From the human T2T-CHM13v2.0 reference genome, Homo sapiens: a DNA stretch of 64,000 nucleotides. Position numbers and translations under genes: made by a program. Shown in pieces: positions 45,949-60,859 of the stretch (position 1 is the stretch's first letter; the number at the start of each line of letters is the position of its first letter). The stretch lies in assembly GCF_009914755.1 (NCBI RefSeq), contig NC_060941.1; one strand, written 5' to 3'. Under the pieces are notes generated by a model. That model was not told the origin of the DNA, did not search any database, and was given only the letters and a program-made list of their open reading frames with translations.

Positions 45949-46207
45949 TTTGAGACAGGATCTCACTCTGCCACCCAGGCTGAAATGCAGTGGCATAATC
46001 ACGACTCACTGCAACCTTGACCTTCTGGGCTCAGATGTTCCTCCTGCCTCAGCCTCCTGAGTAGCTGTACTACAGGTGTGTGCCACCGTGTCTGGCTTAT
46101 TTTTTCATTTTTGTAGAGACAGGATCTCCCTATATTGCTCAAGCTGGTCTCAAATTCCAGGGCTCAAGGACTTTCCCACCTCAGCCTCCTAAAGTGTTTA
46201 CAGGCAT
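45908..46207 (-). mobile_element. AluJ with (TG)~19 tail microsatellite; Alu 5' end missing
   Basis: TGAGACAGGATCTCACTCTGCCACCCAGGCTG...CCTCAGCCTCCTAAAGTG; TG repeat 45908-45946. Confidence 0.9.
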
Positions 46208-47469
46208 ATCTCAATCAACACTTGAAAGTTAACCAATTTAAACAGAAAATAGCAAAAATGGGCTTTTGCTGCTGAAATGTGTGATATATTAAATAGCATG
46301 ATGAATGATACATATGGAACTCTGGGAAATTTAAAGAGTTTAAGATACGTGGATTTGCTACAATACTTTGGAGATATGTCTTGCAAGAGACATACGAATC
46401 TGAACAGACTTCTGACTTTTTCCACTGCGGATGGCTTCTGTGGCTTGATCCCTAAATGGTCCCTTCAGTGGAGCCTTATTGAGAGGACTTCTATTTGACT
46501 GATGCCAACTGCAAGATGAACAAAATCCTACCTCTGAAACAATGTCATGCCTGCATCCTTCAGGATGATGGTCAGAATACACAAAAGTGCAGTAAGCGGA
46601 GACTATAGAGTTTACAGAGCAGGTTGTATAAGTTGTTTTGAGCCTCCTCCATTAGGAAATTTTCTAAGAAAGGCATACCTGTGTATCAGAACTGACCCTA
46701 AGATTCGCTTTCTTGAAAACCCAGCAGTGAGGTTGTAGGAAGTAAATAATTGTTACTAAATTCCTCTGGATGCTTCCTTAAGGACTTAATCATTGGGCAT
46801 GACCAAATCAGCAGAATGGAATAACAAAATGCCAGAAAAAAAATTTAGTATTATAATTCTTTTTTTTCTTGTACAGAAAGTTTCCAGATTGCAGAGTAAG
46901 CACCAAGATGATAACACTTCTATAAGAATAAAAAGTTCTAGGAGGTTATACAGCAACTGAAAGGTCATATAGGCATATGGGTATGCTATATATGTTTACC
47001 CATTCCAGATGGCGAGATGACTGAATCTTCTAATTTCCTCCAGGATTGGCTTTTACAAAGTTTTCAGCAACTTCAGAAGGTGTGGGTCTTCAGAGGCACT
47101 TCCTTGTATGTACACGTGGGAAACCACAGGAGACGAAGCCAGGTAATGGAGCAGAAGCTGGCAGTAAGGAAGTCTTTCTTTCTGATAGACAGATACATAT
47201 TCTGAACAAGTCAATCCATAAATGGATATATAGGAATCTCTAGCCAAAACTCAATTGGGCAGACATATATAACCTTCTTTGGTTTTCTGTGGCTGAATTA
47301 AAATTCTATTTTCAGTCATAATTCAACCAGGTGATAAAACTTAATTTCAGTTATTTCAGAGTTATTTCTTTACTCAAGTGGTGGCAAGTTCTAGGAAAAT
47401 TTCATAGTATATGGAACCTTGGCAAGGTGGAGTAGGATAAGATGTATATATGTTGCATCTGATTGCATC

Positions 47470-47830
47470 AGATCCTAAGACAAAGATTCAAGTGCACGTA
47501 GTTTGTTTGGAGGTGATCCCAGGAAATATTGGCAGGGGAATGGAAAGTGATCTATGGAAGGGAAGACCAGGCAACTGTTAGGGGTAATGAGCTTCATCCT
47601 GCCGGGGAATTCTGAGAGTTGATGTAGAACACACTCCTTTGAGTTATCCCCTCCTGAATGCCTGACAGCTTGGGTATTTGTCATCAGCTCCCATTAATCT
47701 ACTGGTTGATGGGTGGCTGCTGGGGATGTGAGTGGCACTAATTCTCCAGCACTGCTGGCCTGCCTGGCACAGAAGCAGAACAGGCTGTAGCTCCCAAGGA
47801 AAGCCCTCTAGCAGTTGAAAGTCAGGCTGT
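47470..47830 (-). mobile_element. LTR33-like ERVL LTR relic
   Basis: AGACAAAGATTCAAGTGCACGTAGTTTGTTTGGAGGTGATCCCAGGAAA. Confidence 0.65.
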
Positions 47831-48296
47831 AATGATGACCTGCACTGCAATGATAATGTATTAACAACTGCTATACTAAGTCTCAATGTCACTATCTCTT
47901 CCTTGCTGCCTCCCCTAAGAGTTCCTCACTGTCTTCTGGTCCTTGGTCATCCATCTACTGGCTTACTCTAAGTGGCTTCTCATTCTCCACCAAGTCTCTT
48001 AGGATCCAGCTTTCCTTCATCTACTTTGGTACTTTTCACCATGCAACGAAATCATCCAGCTAGCCCCACCTCATGCAGAGCTGCAGGAAATCCATGAGAC
48101 TTACGGAGCCTCAACTACCTCTGTGCCCATGGAATATAGGATTGCTCTGTTGCTCCAGTACCAGGCTGGGTGGTAGAAACTCCGTGTGCTCTCTAAAGCC
48201 CCATCTACCCAGGCTCACTGTCATTTCCTCTCTGAGGTTTTGCCACCTCTCTTGACATTCTATTCTGAAAAGAGCATACAGAATCTTTAGACATGC

Positions 48297-49024
48297 TGTT
48301 ATAGTAGGTAGCTAGGCAGACATGAGCAGGGCAGGAGAGTCCCCACCACCACTACCGGGAATGTCAGCTGACTATCAGGTGATGGTCAGGTGGTTGGTAA
48401 ACTGTCTCTCCAAAGTAATAATTGGTTGCAGCCAGCAGTCTCCCAATAGATAGAAAAACCTGAAACCAGTGATCAGCTTCCCGATAAGATGTCAGGAGCT
48501 GGGTGAGTGGGCTCAAGCATGTGCATTAAGAGGGAAAGTGGCAGAGTTTAACTGGTATATAACCTTGCAGGAACACTCGACTGGTAAGGGAAGAACACCT
48601 CAAGTGAGCATGTGCACAACTCCAGTAAACACACTGCACATGCGACCCCTCCCAGGCACTCACAGGCCACTGCACATGCAGACAGCCCACCCCAAGGGAA
48701 GAATCAAGGGGGAAGGGATGCAACCCCCCATGAAGCATGCCAACGTATAAAACCGCAAGTCAAAGTTCAAACAGTGCACCTGATCTCACCAGTTGCCCAG
48801 TTGGTCCTCTTCCAAATATACTTCCTTTCATCCCTGCCCTAAAACTTTTTAATAAACTTTCACTCCTGCGCTAAAATTTGCCTCAGTCTCTCCTGCCTTA
48901 TGCCCCTCAGTTGAATTCTTTTTTTCTGTGGAGACAAGAATTGTGGTTGCTTCAAATCCTTACGGATTAGTTGCCATTAACATAATTTGGTGCCACGTAG
49001 CTCAGATACATTTGGCTGCTAACA
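48297..49024 (+). mobile_element. MER50-type ERV1 solo LTR
   Basis: TGTTATAGTAGGTAGCTAGGCAGACATGAGCAGGGCAGG...GCTAACA; TATAAAA and AATAAA; TSD ATGC/ACAC (both CpG-decay products of ACGC). Confidence 0.87.
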
Positions 49025-50479
49025 ACACCTGTTACTTTTTTATTGCCCTCTTTATCCCAAATTAGCCTGAGGAGCTAGGTCAAGGTGGACACACCCCTCG
49101 CTCCTGCTTTTTAGGAACCTGTAATATCTAAGCTACATCACATTGTTTCTCCTTAGACTTGTTTCCACCTCCCAATGTGTGGAATCCCACGTAGTCTCCT
49201 GACTTGATTCCTGGCTCTGGCTCATGTTGTATTCTTCCAGCTCTATCATTTATTCCCTAAGTATTCTTGAAGGCTAGGTTGTTCTTTTGAAAAAAATTCC
49301 AAACTTGGTTTTTTGTTTGTTGGTTTGTTTGGCTTTCTTTTTCATTCCCCTTAACTTAAGGCAGTGAATGCCACAGAGCTAGATTCCAATGAGGAACAGG
49401 AAATACCAAAAAAAAAAAAAATTTTTTTTAAAAAGCAACTTTTAGTAATTATTCCAAAATATCATGAAGCCATGACTGTCAACCCTGCTGATTGCTCTTA
49501 GCTTATCGAGAATTTTATTCATTTGTTAAGAAGTGAGCTTCTGCAGACGTCTTCAATTTGGGGAAAATAAATTTCTTTATCTGACTGATTTCGAGAGCTG
49601 TAAAAGTATTTACTTAAGTAAATATTGCTATAATTTCACAAGTTCTTTTTTCCCATCCATGAAGTTACCAATGCATTATTTCTGTCACTAAAAATGAGAA
49701 GAATTAACCTTGCTACACTCTCTGGATTTACTGATTGAGGCCTTAGTGTCTGTCCCTTATGTTTCTGGATTTGCAAATGAGACAGGGCTGAGCGTTATCT
49801 CACAACTCATGCAAATTAGATGCCAGGAAGGCTATTGAAAAGGGAAGATGGTATCATCTGTCTTGCAAGGGCATTGCTCAGAATGACAGCCCCAAATTTA
49901 ACCTCCTCTTTTCCTTCAAATAAATTGATATCTCAACTCAGCCTCCCTAACAAGTCATCTGCTTCATTGAAATGAAATTCCAGCCACACTGAGGAGAGCC
50001 ACTAGACAGAATATGTCACTTGCTGCCTTTGTTTTCTTAGGCTAGAAAGGTCCATAACCTGAAGGATGGATTGCATTGAAGAATGTTTAAGGAAAACTTT
50101 TGACGTGACTGAGGAAAGGGTGAGGGGTGGCAAGGAAGGACGCTTCCCTGATTTTTAGATGCTCCACATTGATGGGCTTTAGTCAATGGCATACCTGCTG
50201 GGTCCTGCCATCATTCCTGCATTTCCTATGATACCTACAAAAGAATTTATACTTTGATGCTGTCAAACTTATTCACCACCTAATACATTATGACAGTCCA
50301 GGCTTAAGATAAATTCAAATTCAATCCATGGCACAAAAATATAAGCACCTAAGCAATAATAGGCATCATTTGTTTCGGATTACTCAGGTAAACCAATCGT
50401 TGGGGTCAAACTCCTCAATCAAGAGGTGCACATATGTTTATGACAGGAATACAAGTGGAAAGCGTGCCTAAGAAACTAA

Positions 50480-51070
50480 TCATTTATTCAACAAATATTT
50501 ATTTATGTTCCAGGGACTATTCTAGTGCTTGAGATACAGTTGCAAGCCAAACGACAAGGTCACCATGCTTGAGAGTTTATATGTTACTGGGGAGACAGAC
50601 AGAATATACCAGAAAATCAAATACTGTAAGAAACTAGCTGATTTCAGATTGACTTAAGTAGCATGATGGAAACTAAACAGGGTGAGGTGATAGGAGCAAT
50701 CAGTGGAGTAGTTTCACTTTGAATAGGGTGGGCAGGGAAGAACTCTCTGAAGAGGTGATGTCTGAGATGAGACATGAACAATAAGAAGGAGACAGATGTA
50801 AAAAAAAGTGCGTTCAACAGTAAAAACCTGAAGGTATGAAAGATCTTGGGGATGGTCCACGACTTTAGAGCCCTGTGTGGCTGGAGACTAGTGACCAAGT
50901 CCAAGGGACAGACTGGGCCAGGACCATTGGAATTGGTGGGAAGACTTTGAAGTGTTTTCAAGTAAAAAACATGCCATCTAAGTTTTTATATCAAACTGGG
51001 TGACAGCAGAGAAAGAGTGAGGCAGAGACACTGGTTAGCTGGCAACAGTGTAACCCAGGTAGGTGAGTAA
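50480..51070 (-). mobile_element. L2 3' fragment
   Basis: CATTTATTCAACAAATATTTATT...CAGGGAAGAACTCTCTGAAGAGGTGATGTCTGAG. Confidence 0.75.
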
Positions 51071-51145
51071 TGGAAGGGAAGACAGACTAGGGTGTTTGGC
51101 AAAAACTTAACCACATCTGTTTTGAATCCAAAAAAATATAGTTAA

Positions 51146-51466
<321 letters not shown>

Positions 51467-52079
51467 AGTTAATTCTTTATTCTATAACTAATGGATGCTG
51501 AAAGAAAGAGAGAGTAAACTACTTTCTCCTCACTTCAGAAAATTTTGGAGAGAATCTATTAGGGAGAAAAAAGAAAAGAAGTAAAAGTGGAGGGCAGATC
51601 CATCGATGGTGTCATTGGCAACATAAAGAAAAGCATGTGTAAGTTTTAGGAATCAACATCACCTTCAACATTTCATGATTCCATCCACTTTTTCCAAGAA
51701 GGGAAATCAAAGGTTACCATGCAAGTGCTAAAAAGCAAATTCAGATAAAAAGAATTTGGCAGTAAAACTGTCTTTACAGGAGATGAAAAAAAAAAACTCT
51801 CAGAAGAGAAAGCCTACCACTAAGGACAGGGAGAAAAACATAGTCATATTTAGTTTTATTGGGACCCACACTCGGCTTGATTAATTGGATAATCAAAATT
51901 TCTATTTAGTTTCAATTGCTTATCAGATCAAAGTAAAGCCATTCATGAATAGCACACCATCTGTATAAGCAAAATTTCCACAGCATCTTCTCTCAGTGCA
52001 GGAGTCTTTAAGTTTATTAATAATATCATTACAGTGCAGGATTCTTTGTTTTAAGTTTATTAATAATATCATTACAATG

Positions 52080-52297
52080 ACTAGTGATTACCTTGTGACA
52101 GTTTTAAGATACCTTATATGTATTGTTTTACTTAATCTTCACAAAAACCTATGGAGTAGATCCTGTTACCCTCATTTTACAGATGAGGAAACTAAGACAA
52201 AAGGTGTCAAACAAATTGCCCAAAATCACATGGCTAGCAAGTGGCAGAGCCAGAATTAGAAGCCACATTGACCATCAAGCTTTGACTCAAAACCACT
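52080..52297 (-). mobile_element. MIR
   Basis: CATTTTACAGATGAGGAAACTAAG...TTGCCCAAAATCACATGGCTAGCAAGTGGCAGAGCCAG. Confidence 0.85.
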
Positions 52298-52339
52298 GAC
52301 GTTCTTGACATTCACCACAGGTGAATCAAGAAATTCTGT

Positions 52340-52854
52340 AGAAACTCACCTTGAAGTACATACACACACACACACACACAGAGAGAGAGAGACAGACAGA
52401 CAGACAGAGACAGAGAAAGAAAGAGAGAGAAAAGGAGAAAGAAATTTATTTTTAAAAACTGGATCACACAATTATGGAGGCTAGTAAGTCCAAAATCTGC
52501 AGAGTGGACCAGCAAACTAGAGAGACCCGGGAAGAACTGATGCCGCAGTTCAAATCCAAAGGCTGTCAGATTGGAGGCCCAGGAAGGACCAGTGTTGCAG
52601 TTAAAGTCCAAAGACCATCCACGGGCAGAATCTCTTCTTACTTGAGAGAGGCCAGTCTTTTATTCTATTCATACCTTCAACTGATTGGATGACACCTACC
52701 CACAGGATGGTAGGCAATCCGTTTTACTCAAAGTCCACCAAGTTACACGTAAATATCATCAAAAAACACCCTCATAAAAACATCCAGAATAATGTTCAGC
52801 CATATATCTGGGGACCATGGGTCAGCAGGTTGACATATAAAATTAATGATCACA
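52340..52854 (-). mobile_element. MLT2 (C/D-like) ERVL solo LTR with CA/GA microsatellite
   Basis: GAAATTTATTTT..GGATCACACAATTATGGAGGCT...TTGACATATAAAATTAATGATCACA. Confidence 0.8.
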
Positions 52855-53429
52855 CTTACTTTTGCAAAAGAAGGAAACTATCTGTGGCCTCTCAACCTCT
52901 CAACTTTTTCATGTTGATTCTTCCCTGGGAATGTCCCTCTCTTCTTTGGGATGCGGTACAACACAGATTAATGATTAAATGCATGAGTTTTGGTTTCAAC
53001 CTGGTTTTTGAGTCCGAGCTCTGCTACTATTTTTGTAACCTCAGGAAGGTCACATTCACCCTCTACCCAAAGGTTCCTCATTTGTAGAATAGGACTGAAA
53101 TATCTCCAACCCCTAGGGTTGCAACAAAGTAATAGAAGTAGAGCTCTTGGCTCACTGGCACATGAAAGGTCTACACAATGTTCAGTAATAGCAGAAGTCC
53201 TCCAGCCTTGCCCAGGTCATGGTGAAGGCAAAATTTTCATTATGTAGAACAGAAAAAAAAAAAAACCATAAAAAATCAAAATTATAAAATAGTCCTTAAA
53301 TTCCCAAAGCCAGACTCATACTAGGATATTTTTCTACCTCTTCAGACTCACCATGATGATTCTTTTCTTTGCATTGCTTTGCAAATAATTGCATCTGCAC
53401 AGTTTAACACGTATTTCTATTCTTTAAAT

Positions 53430-53692
53430 CAGTGTATTCCTTAGAACTACAGGATATTAATAGGTGTCACCCAGGCAAATAAAGGTGTCCTTGTCACATG
53501 AGATTAGGGATTTACAAAGGCTACTTTATCACGAGATTTCTCAGAGTGTTTATGTGCATATGTACATTGAAATATCTGAAAGGAAGATATAATATGCAAA
53601 GTTTCACATTTAATTGACTACAAACCCTTCTGAAGTGGCACTTCCACAAGGAGTGTTATGCAGAACACTCTGGCAAACAGTGCTGTAATTGT
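53430..53692 (-). mobile_element. MER103-like hAT relic
   Basis: ATTAATAGGTGT, TTCTCAGAG, GTACATTG, CAGAACACTCTGGCAAACAGTG. Confidence 0.5.
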
Positions 53693-54187
53693 TACAAATG
53701 TGTTAGACTTGCCTTCCAAGTTAAACGATAAAGTCCCCAAGAGTAGAGAAATAATCGCCTCTTTCATATTCCCATAGCACCTGCACAGTGTGAAAATAGA
53801 GCAGCTCAGTAAATATGTGTCAATTGATAAAATTATTAAAATTATTTTAATTCCTTAATCAGCAAATATTTTCTATGTTTGGAGTGCCTGCTATGTTTCA
53901 GATATTACCCTAGGTACTAGGAAAACCAAAATTAATTAAATATAGCCTTTTCCCTCAAGAAACACACAGTTCAATAAAGAGTAAGTATGTAAATAATTGC
54001 AATATTGTTCATTGACAATATGTTTACATATTGTATATATGGATATACATATATGTATGTATATATGGATATATATATATACATGTTAGTAAGGTCTTGG
54101 GGTGACACAAAAAAGGATATAATATGTTCATAGCCAGGGCACAAAGTGGAGAGGGAGGGTTGGAGAAGCCTTCGTTTAGAAGGTGGC

Positions 54188-54587
54188 TATCTGAATCTGT
54201 TTTTATGCTGTTAAAACAAGATATCATAGCCTGGGTAATTTATAAAAAAATAGACACTTATTTCTGATGGTTCTGGAAGCTGAGGGTCCAAGATTAAGGC
54301 ATTGGCATGACTGGGGTCTGGTGAGGGCTACTCTTTGCTTCTAAGATGGCACCTTGTGGCATCCTCCAGAAGGGAGGAATGCTGTGTCCTCACATGGCAG
54401 AAGGGATGGAAAGGCAAGAGTACTCCCTTCAACCTCAGACCCTTTTGTAAGGGTGCTAATCCCATTCATGGAGGTAGAGCTCTCATGTCTTAATCACCTC
54501 CCAAAGGCCACACCTCTTTATACTGTTGGATTGAGGTTAGATTTCAAGATGAATTTTGGTGGGGACATCGTCATTCAAATCATAGCA
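54188..54587 (-). mobile_element. MST (MSTD-like) MaLR solo LTR inside an L2 relic (~53850-54860)
   Basis: CTGGGTAATTTATAAA...GTGTCCTCACATGGCAGAAGG...AATCACCTCCCAAAGGCC...CAAATCATAGCA. Confidence 0.8.
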
Positions 54588-55295
54588 GTAACCATTGAAC
54601 TAAAGCTTGAGCATTGAGAAGGAATTGTCCAGGCAGGCAAAAGGGTACAAGGACATTCTAAGAAGTCCAAAACCACAGACATAAAAATAACATGGCTGAA
54701 TCATGAGAATTCTGTGTGCCTTGTGCATACAATGCATATGGTGCTGCAAAGGGAAATGGAGATGGGGAGATAGAACACCTGGTATTTTGAATACCATGTT
54801 AGAAAGTTTTAACTGTTCTTGAGGTGATGAGAAGCCAATGGCAGATTTGGGGTCGGTCTTTCACAGTGTCAAAGAAGTTATTATTAAAAAGGAAAAAGTG
54901 GAACCTAGGAACTACATGCTTCCTGCACTATTGCCAATTCAAGGACACTGGTGACAATAGCTCAACATGATCTCTGTGTTTCTTCCTAATCTGATTTCCT
55001 AATTGAGACAAATTCCTATAATCTTAGTTTGATTATACAAAATATCAGTATGATTGTCATTTCCCCATTCTAGGTATCCTCTTTTGGAATAATAGTGTCC
55101 TATGGTATAAGAAATTGTTCATTAATATTTTGACTATTTAAAAAAGATTAAGTGAAAGCCTTTGGAAACTTGTGAATGATAATATTATTACAAACAGATC
55201 TCATTTGGAAACCCCATGATATCTGAAGAAGAGAATTATGTCAGCAGCATCCTTGAAGATATTTCAGTTTTATTGTTTTTTAAAATTATTCCTTA

Positions 55296-55587
<292 letters not shown>

Positions 55588-56867
55588 TTATGATTCTAGC
55601 TTGCAACACCAGCAATTAATGAAATTGTTCTTTGCGGAGAGCTCAATGTATGCTTTTAAATATGTTAAAAATTATACGTGATTCTTCAAGTATTCTTTTA
55701 GAACAAACCTCAGAGTTAAGCCATTCACTTGATATTGTAACTTGAGATAAGTCTCTGGGACTTGAGATGATGCCTCTACTTCTTCCCTCCCTCCTCCAAG
55801 CCCCATCAATTATTAGTCCTCCCAACATTGCATCACTTGGTCACCACAAGTGCAATGAGTGACTGAAAGCTGCTGGATGCATTTCACAGAGAACGTTTAA
55901 TTCCCTGAACAATAGAATAGAAAGTAAAGAAAGTCATCCTATGCCAGATTCAAAAAGACCAACTATTCATCACGTTTTATGATGCCCATGACAGCAGCTG
56001 CCTTTCACCGCTGCAGTGCAGGATGAGGGGAAATATGCTCCTGAGAATGACAGGAGGAGATGAGAGAGGTATTTACTCTAGGAAAGCCTTCTAAATGAAA
56101 TAACCAAACCAAACAGGAAAACAATAAAACTCAAAATGACCTGGTTGTTCCCAGGAAAGGCAAGCAAATAAAGGGCAAAGCCTCCAGTGAATCCCAAGGG
56201 CTCTGGTTTGAGAACATAATGAGGGACAAGCCTGTAGGCAAGTAGAGAAGGTTGCTGCTACCCTTGAAAGAGTCCAAGACATGCCTGGTGTCACCCTGGG
56301 CCTCAGAGGGAGGTAGTGCTTGGTGGGCCACAGGAATCCAAGGCTAACCTCAGCTCCATGAATTAAAGCATTCATATTTATCAACCCAAGGTAATCAGGT
56401 TCAGAGCTTCTAGCACTGCTTAACCATTTTAAGACTTAGGTTTAAAAAGCAATATGTCATTTAAGCGACACACCTTCTTGTGCTAGAGGTCTTGTAGAGG
56501 CTTCACTGAGACTCCAAGACCTAAATTCTAGTTTGATACCATCATCAAATCTCACCCTGTGCACAGTATAGGTGTTGCTGAGATAACATGACATATGCAT
56601 TTCTGAATAACCTCAAGTTTTACAAAACGTTACTTAACAACAACAAGGCTTATGTGGAGTATGGAGTTAGGGCAACCCACTTAATGCCTATGGAAATTTG
56701 TAACTGGGGAACTATTGATAACAATAATTGGAATCTTGGGAGATACTTGGACAATCCAAATAGGCAGCTCAGAGGGGCTGGAGAATGCCCCAGGTAATAC
56801 TAAACTGCCCTCCATCCCATGAGTAGAAATCCATCTAGTAGGTGTGAGACAATGCTGGTAGAACTAG

Positions 56868-57229
<362 letters not shown>

Positions 57230-57780
57230 TTGTGTTTCATTTTCTTCATATAGGGTGATAAAACCTTCTGCTCGTGTTTCAGGCAGCGGAGGGTTTTCTT
57301 CTTTCCTACTGAAGGTTATAGTTCTTTCACCATTCTGGTATTCATGTTACAGAGAATTGTGTTGCAGAGAAGAACTCCCCAACTTTGTGTTCCTGATCTC
57401 TCCTCTAATCCAGTTACATCCCTGAGTGGAGCACAGTGTGGAGATCTGGGTATATCACTGAACCACAAGACACAAACAGTGATCCTAAAATGCACTGACA
57501 TTTCCCTTTTCGAATAGCTAGTAGCAGGGTGATAGCCCAACTTCTGGGGAACCAGCCTGAAGGTGGATGTGGGCAGATGTGGATGTAGCTCCACGGAGGG
57601 GTTTTATAACTTCAGAATGTCTCCTGCAAAGCAAGTACAGGCTGTCCAAGTACAGTGAACTTTTCTACACCTTTGGCTTTACTGAGAATGAGGGTGGCAC
57701 AGTGGGTCGTAAGGTAAGATAAGGATATAGTGTCATGGAAGCCTGGAGAAAAAAGTGTGAAAAGAAACACTACCAACACT

Positions 57781-58073
<293 letters not shown>

Positions 58074-58247
58074 AAACACCAACTGTCTTTAATGTTGTTG
58101 AAAGGTCAAGTAACAGGAAATCCCTGGATCTGGCAACATGAAAAACATTGTTTTACTAATCAAAAGCAGCCACTGTGGAAGGATGGAGACAGCCTGAGTG
58201 GAATGAACTGGGAGGAGAATGTTGTGAGGACATGCAGAGACTTTAGA

Positions 58248-59040
58248 CCGGGGATCTGTAAAGGGCCAGATAGTAAACATTTTAGACTTTGCAAGCCTTG
58301 CAGTCTCTCTCACAACTACCCAGCTCTGCTGTGTGAAAGCAGCCAACGTCTACAACTGGCCTTTGAACCATGGAGAGGTTAGGAGTACTGATCCCCTGGG
58401 CAGTCAAAAATCTGCCTATAACTTGTGACTCCCCCAAAACTTAACTACTAAAAGCCTACTATTGACTGGAAACATTACCAGTAATATAGTCAATTAACAT
58501 GCATTTCATATGTTATATGTATTATATACTGTATTCTTACAATAAAGTGAGCTAGAGAAAAGAAAATGTTTATTAAGAAAATCATAAGGAAAGGAAAATA
58601 TATTTTCAATTCATTAAAGTGTAAGTGGATCATCCTAAAGGTCATCATACTCATTGTCTTCACATTGAGTAGGCTGAAGAGGAGGAGGGGGTTAGTCTTG
58701 CTGTCTCTCTCAGGCATTGCAGAGGTGGAGGAGGTTAAAGGGGAAGCAGGAGAGATTTATTGTAAAAAATCCACATATACGTGGGCCCGTTCAGTTAGTC
58801 CAAACTCATGTTGTTCAAGGGCCAACTGTATATATTTAATATAAGAAAAAGGGGATATCTGCGTTCCAATAACACTTTATTTATGGACAATAAAATTTGA
58901 ATTTCATATAATTTTCACGTAACAAAATATTTTTTAAAATTTCTCCCCAGCAAATGTAAAAACCATTCTTAATCCTTGGGTTGTACAAAAATAGGTAGTA
59001 AGCCAAGTTCGGATTGTGGGCCATAGTATGCCAACCCCTG
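58248..59040 (+). mobile_element. MER58B-like hAT element split by Tigger2a
   Basis: CTGTAAAGGGCCAGATAGTAAACATTTTAG...; right part GTTCCAATAACACTTTATTTATGGAC...TGCCAACCCCTG. Confidence 0.78.
58353..58828 (-). mobile_element. Tigger2a-like DNA transposon
   Basis: TIR-like ends CAACTGGCCTTTGAAC / GTTCAAGGGCCAACTG; TA duplication on both sides. Confidence 0.85.
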
Positions 59041-59110
59041 CAATAGAACCCTCTCTGGAAAAGGTTTTCTGTGCATGGTAGTGAATAGACAGCATGAAAT
59101 CTGTAGATCA

Positions 59111-59547
<437 letters not shown>

Positions 59548-59969
59548 CTAAGTAAATGAATTAATTTTAATGTAGATCTGACTGCTAAATCAGTCCACTA
59601 TGTTCCACTCGATTCCACTGCCACACAGGCCCACAGACAGGCCGAAGTAGAGCCTACATGAGTTCTCAGCAGCTAATATAATAATAACCCGTCTGTGTGC
59701 CATGAGTCCGTCACTGCTTCCGGAACAGGAGACAGATAGCTATCTGCAAAACTGGGTGTCTGCTTACTTGGCCTTGCTCTGAATCCCCAGTGCAGACATC
59801 TGGCTGTGCACTCAGACCTGAACCCTGCAAACTCACCTGAGATTATGTGCCCTATTCTTTGAAAACAGCCCTGATTGAGTAAAATTCCCCAGCTCAATTC
59901 TAATGTCAATTTTCTTTTCGTGAAGAATTCTTTTCCTTAACAAAATGTTAAGGCCCAGCCAAGAAGAAA

Positions 59970-60079
59970 ATACACACACATGCACACACACACACACACG
60001 CATACACACACACACCCCTATATATAATATGCATATACATACATAATACATACACATATATGTACACATACACACACAC
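59970..60079. repeat. Compound (CA)/(TA) microsatellite
   Basis: Alternating purine-pyrimidine tract. Confidence 0.85.
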
Positions 60080-60859
60080 TTTTTTTGTTTTGTTTTGCTC
60101 TGTCATTTCCCCTGCTCCCTTTAGAAGCCTGCTATCTTCTCACAAACAGCTTCTGAGCTGCCTTAACTGATAAGCCTATGAATGGGTAAGCTCTTTCAGA
60201 CTTCTCCAGGATCTCTGGCAGCTATGCTGGCTGAGGGAACAGATAACCCTGGGTTTGAGGAATGACAGAAGGTTTCTTGATCCACTAGCTGACTTACTAA
60301 GCACTCTTCTACATAGAGATCCAGGGTCTGTGTTTTCAAAGACCTCATGAGAAACAGAGCCCGGGAAAGGCATTGTCAGCATAGAATTTCCTCCACAAAA
60401 TGATTCAAGGAACAAATGCTCATGCAACTTTTTTCCTCCTCTGAACTCACATCACGGACAGTGTAAGCTGCTTGGAACTGAATCACACACTGAGCTGTGG
60501 AATTAAAGCCCTCCGCCCATCTTCTCAGTCTTATCATTCCTGGCACAGACTGTTTCATCTCCCACAGCCTACATTTGAGTTACACTGAATTTTCTGCCAT
60601 TTTGGAACAACCCATTTTCCTTCATTTCATTCATTTGCTAATTTTTCAGCCTATTGCCTACCCCTCTCCTGACCTCTTCTCTCCAACCTTCATCTCTTTC
60701 TCTCAGAGTCCTACTCATCCTCAAGGCTTTACCAGCATTTTCTTTCCTCCAAGAAGAGTTCGTATATACCCATGGAAGCACTTACATTTCCAGGTCCTAC
60801 TATTCATTTGACTTTGTTTCCTCCTCCACTGCAATATCTGCTGGATGTAGTGGGTTTCA

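Noticed and set aside
47000-47815. CTCF-like words CCAGATGGCG (~47005) and GCCCTCTAGCAG (~47803)
   Set aside because: Only partial matches to the core motif; expected by chance in 64 kb
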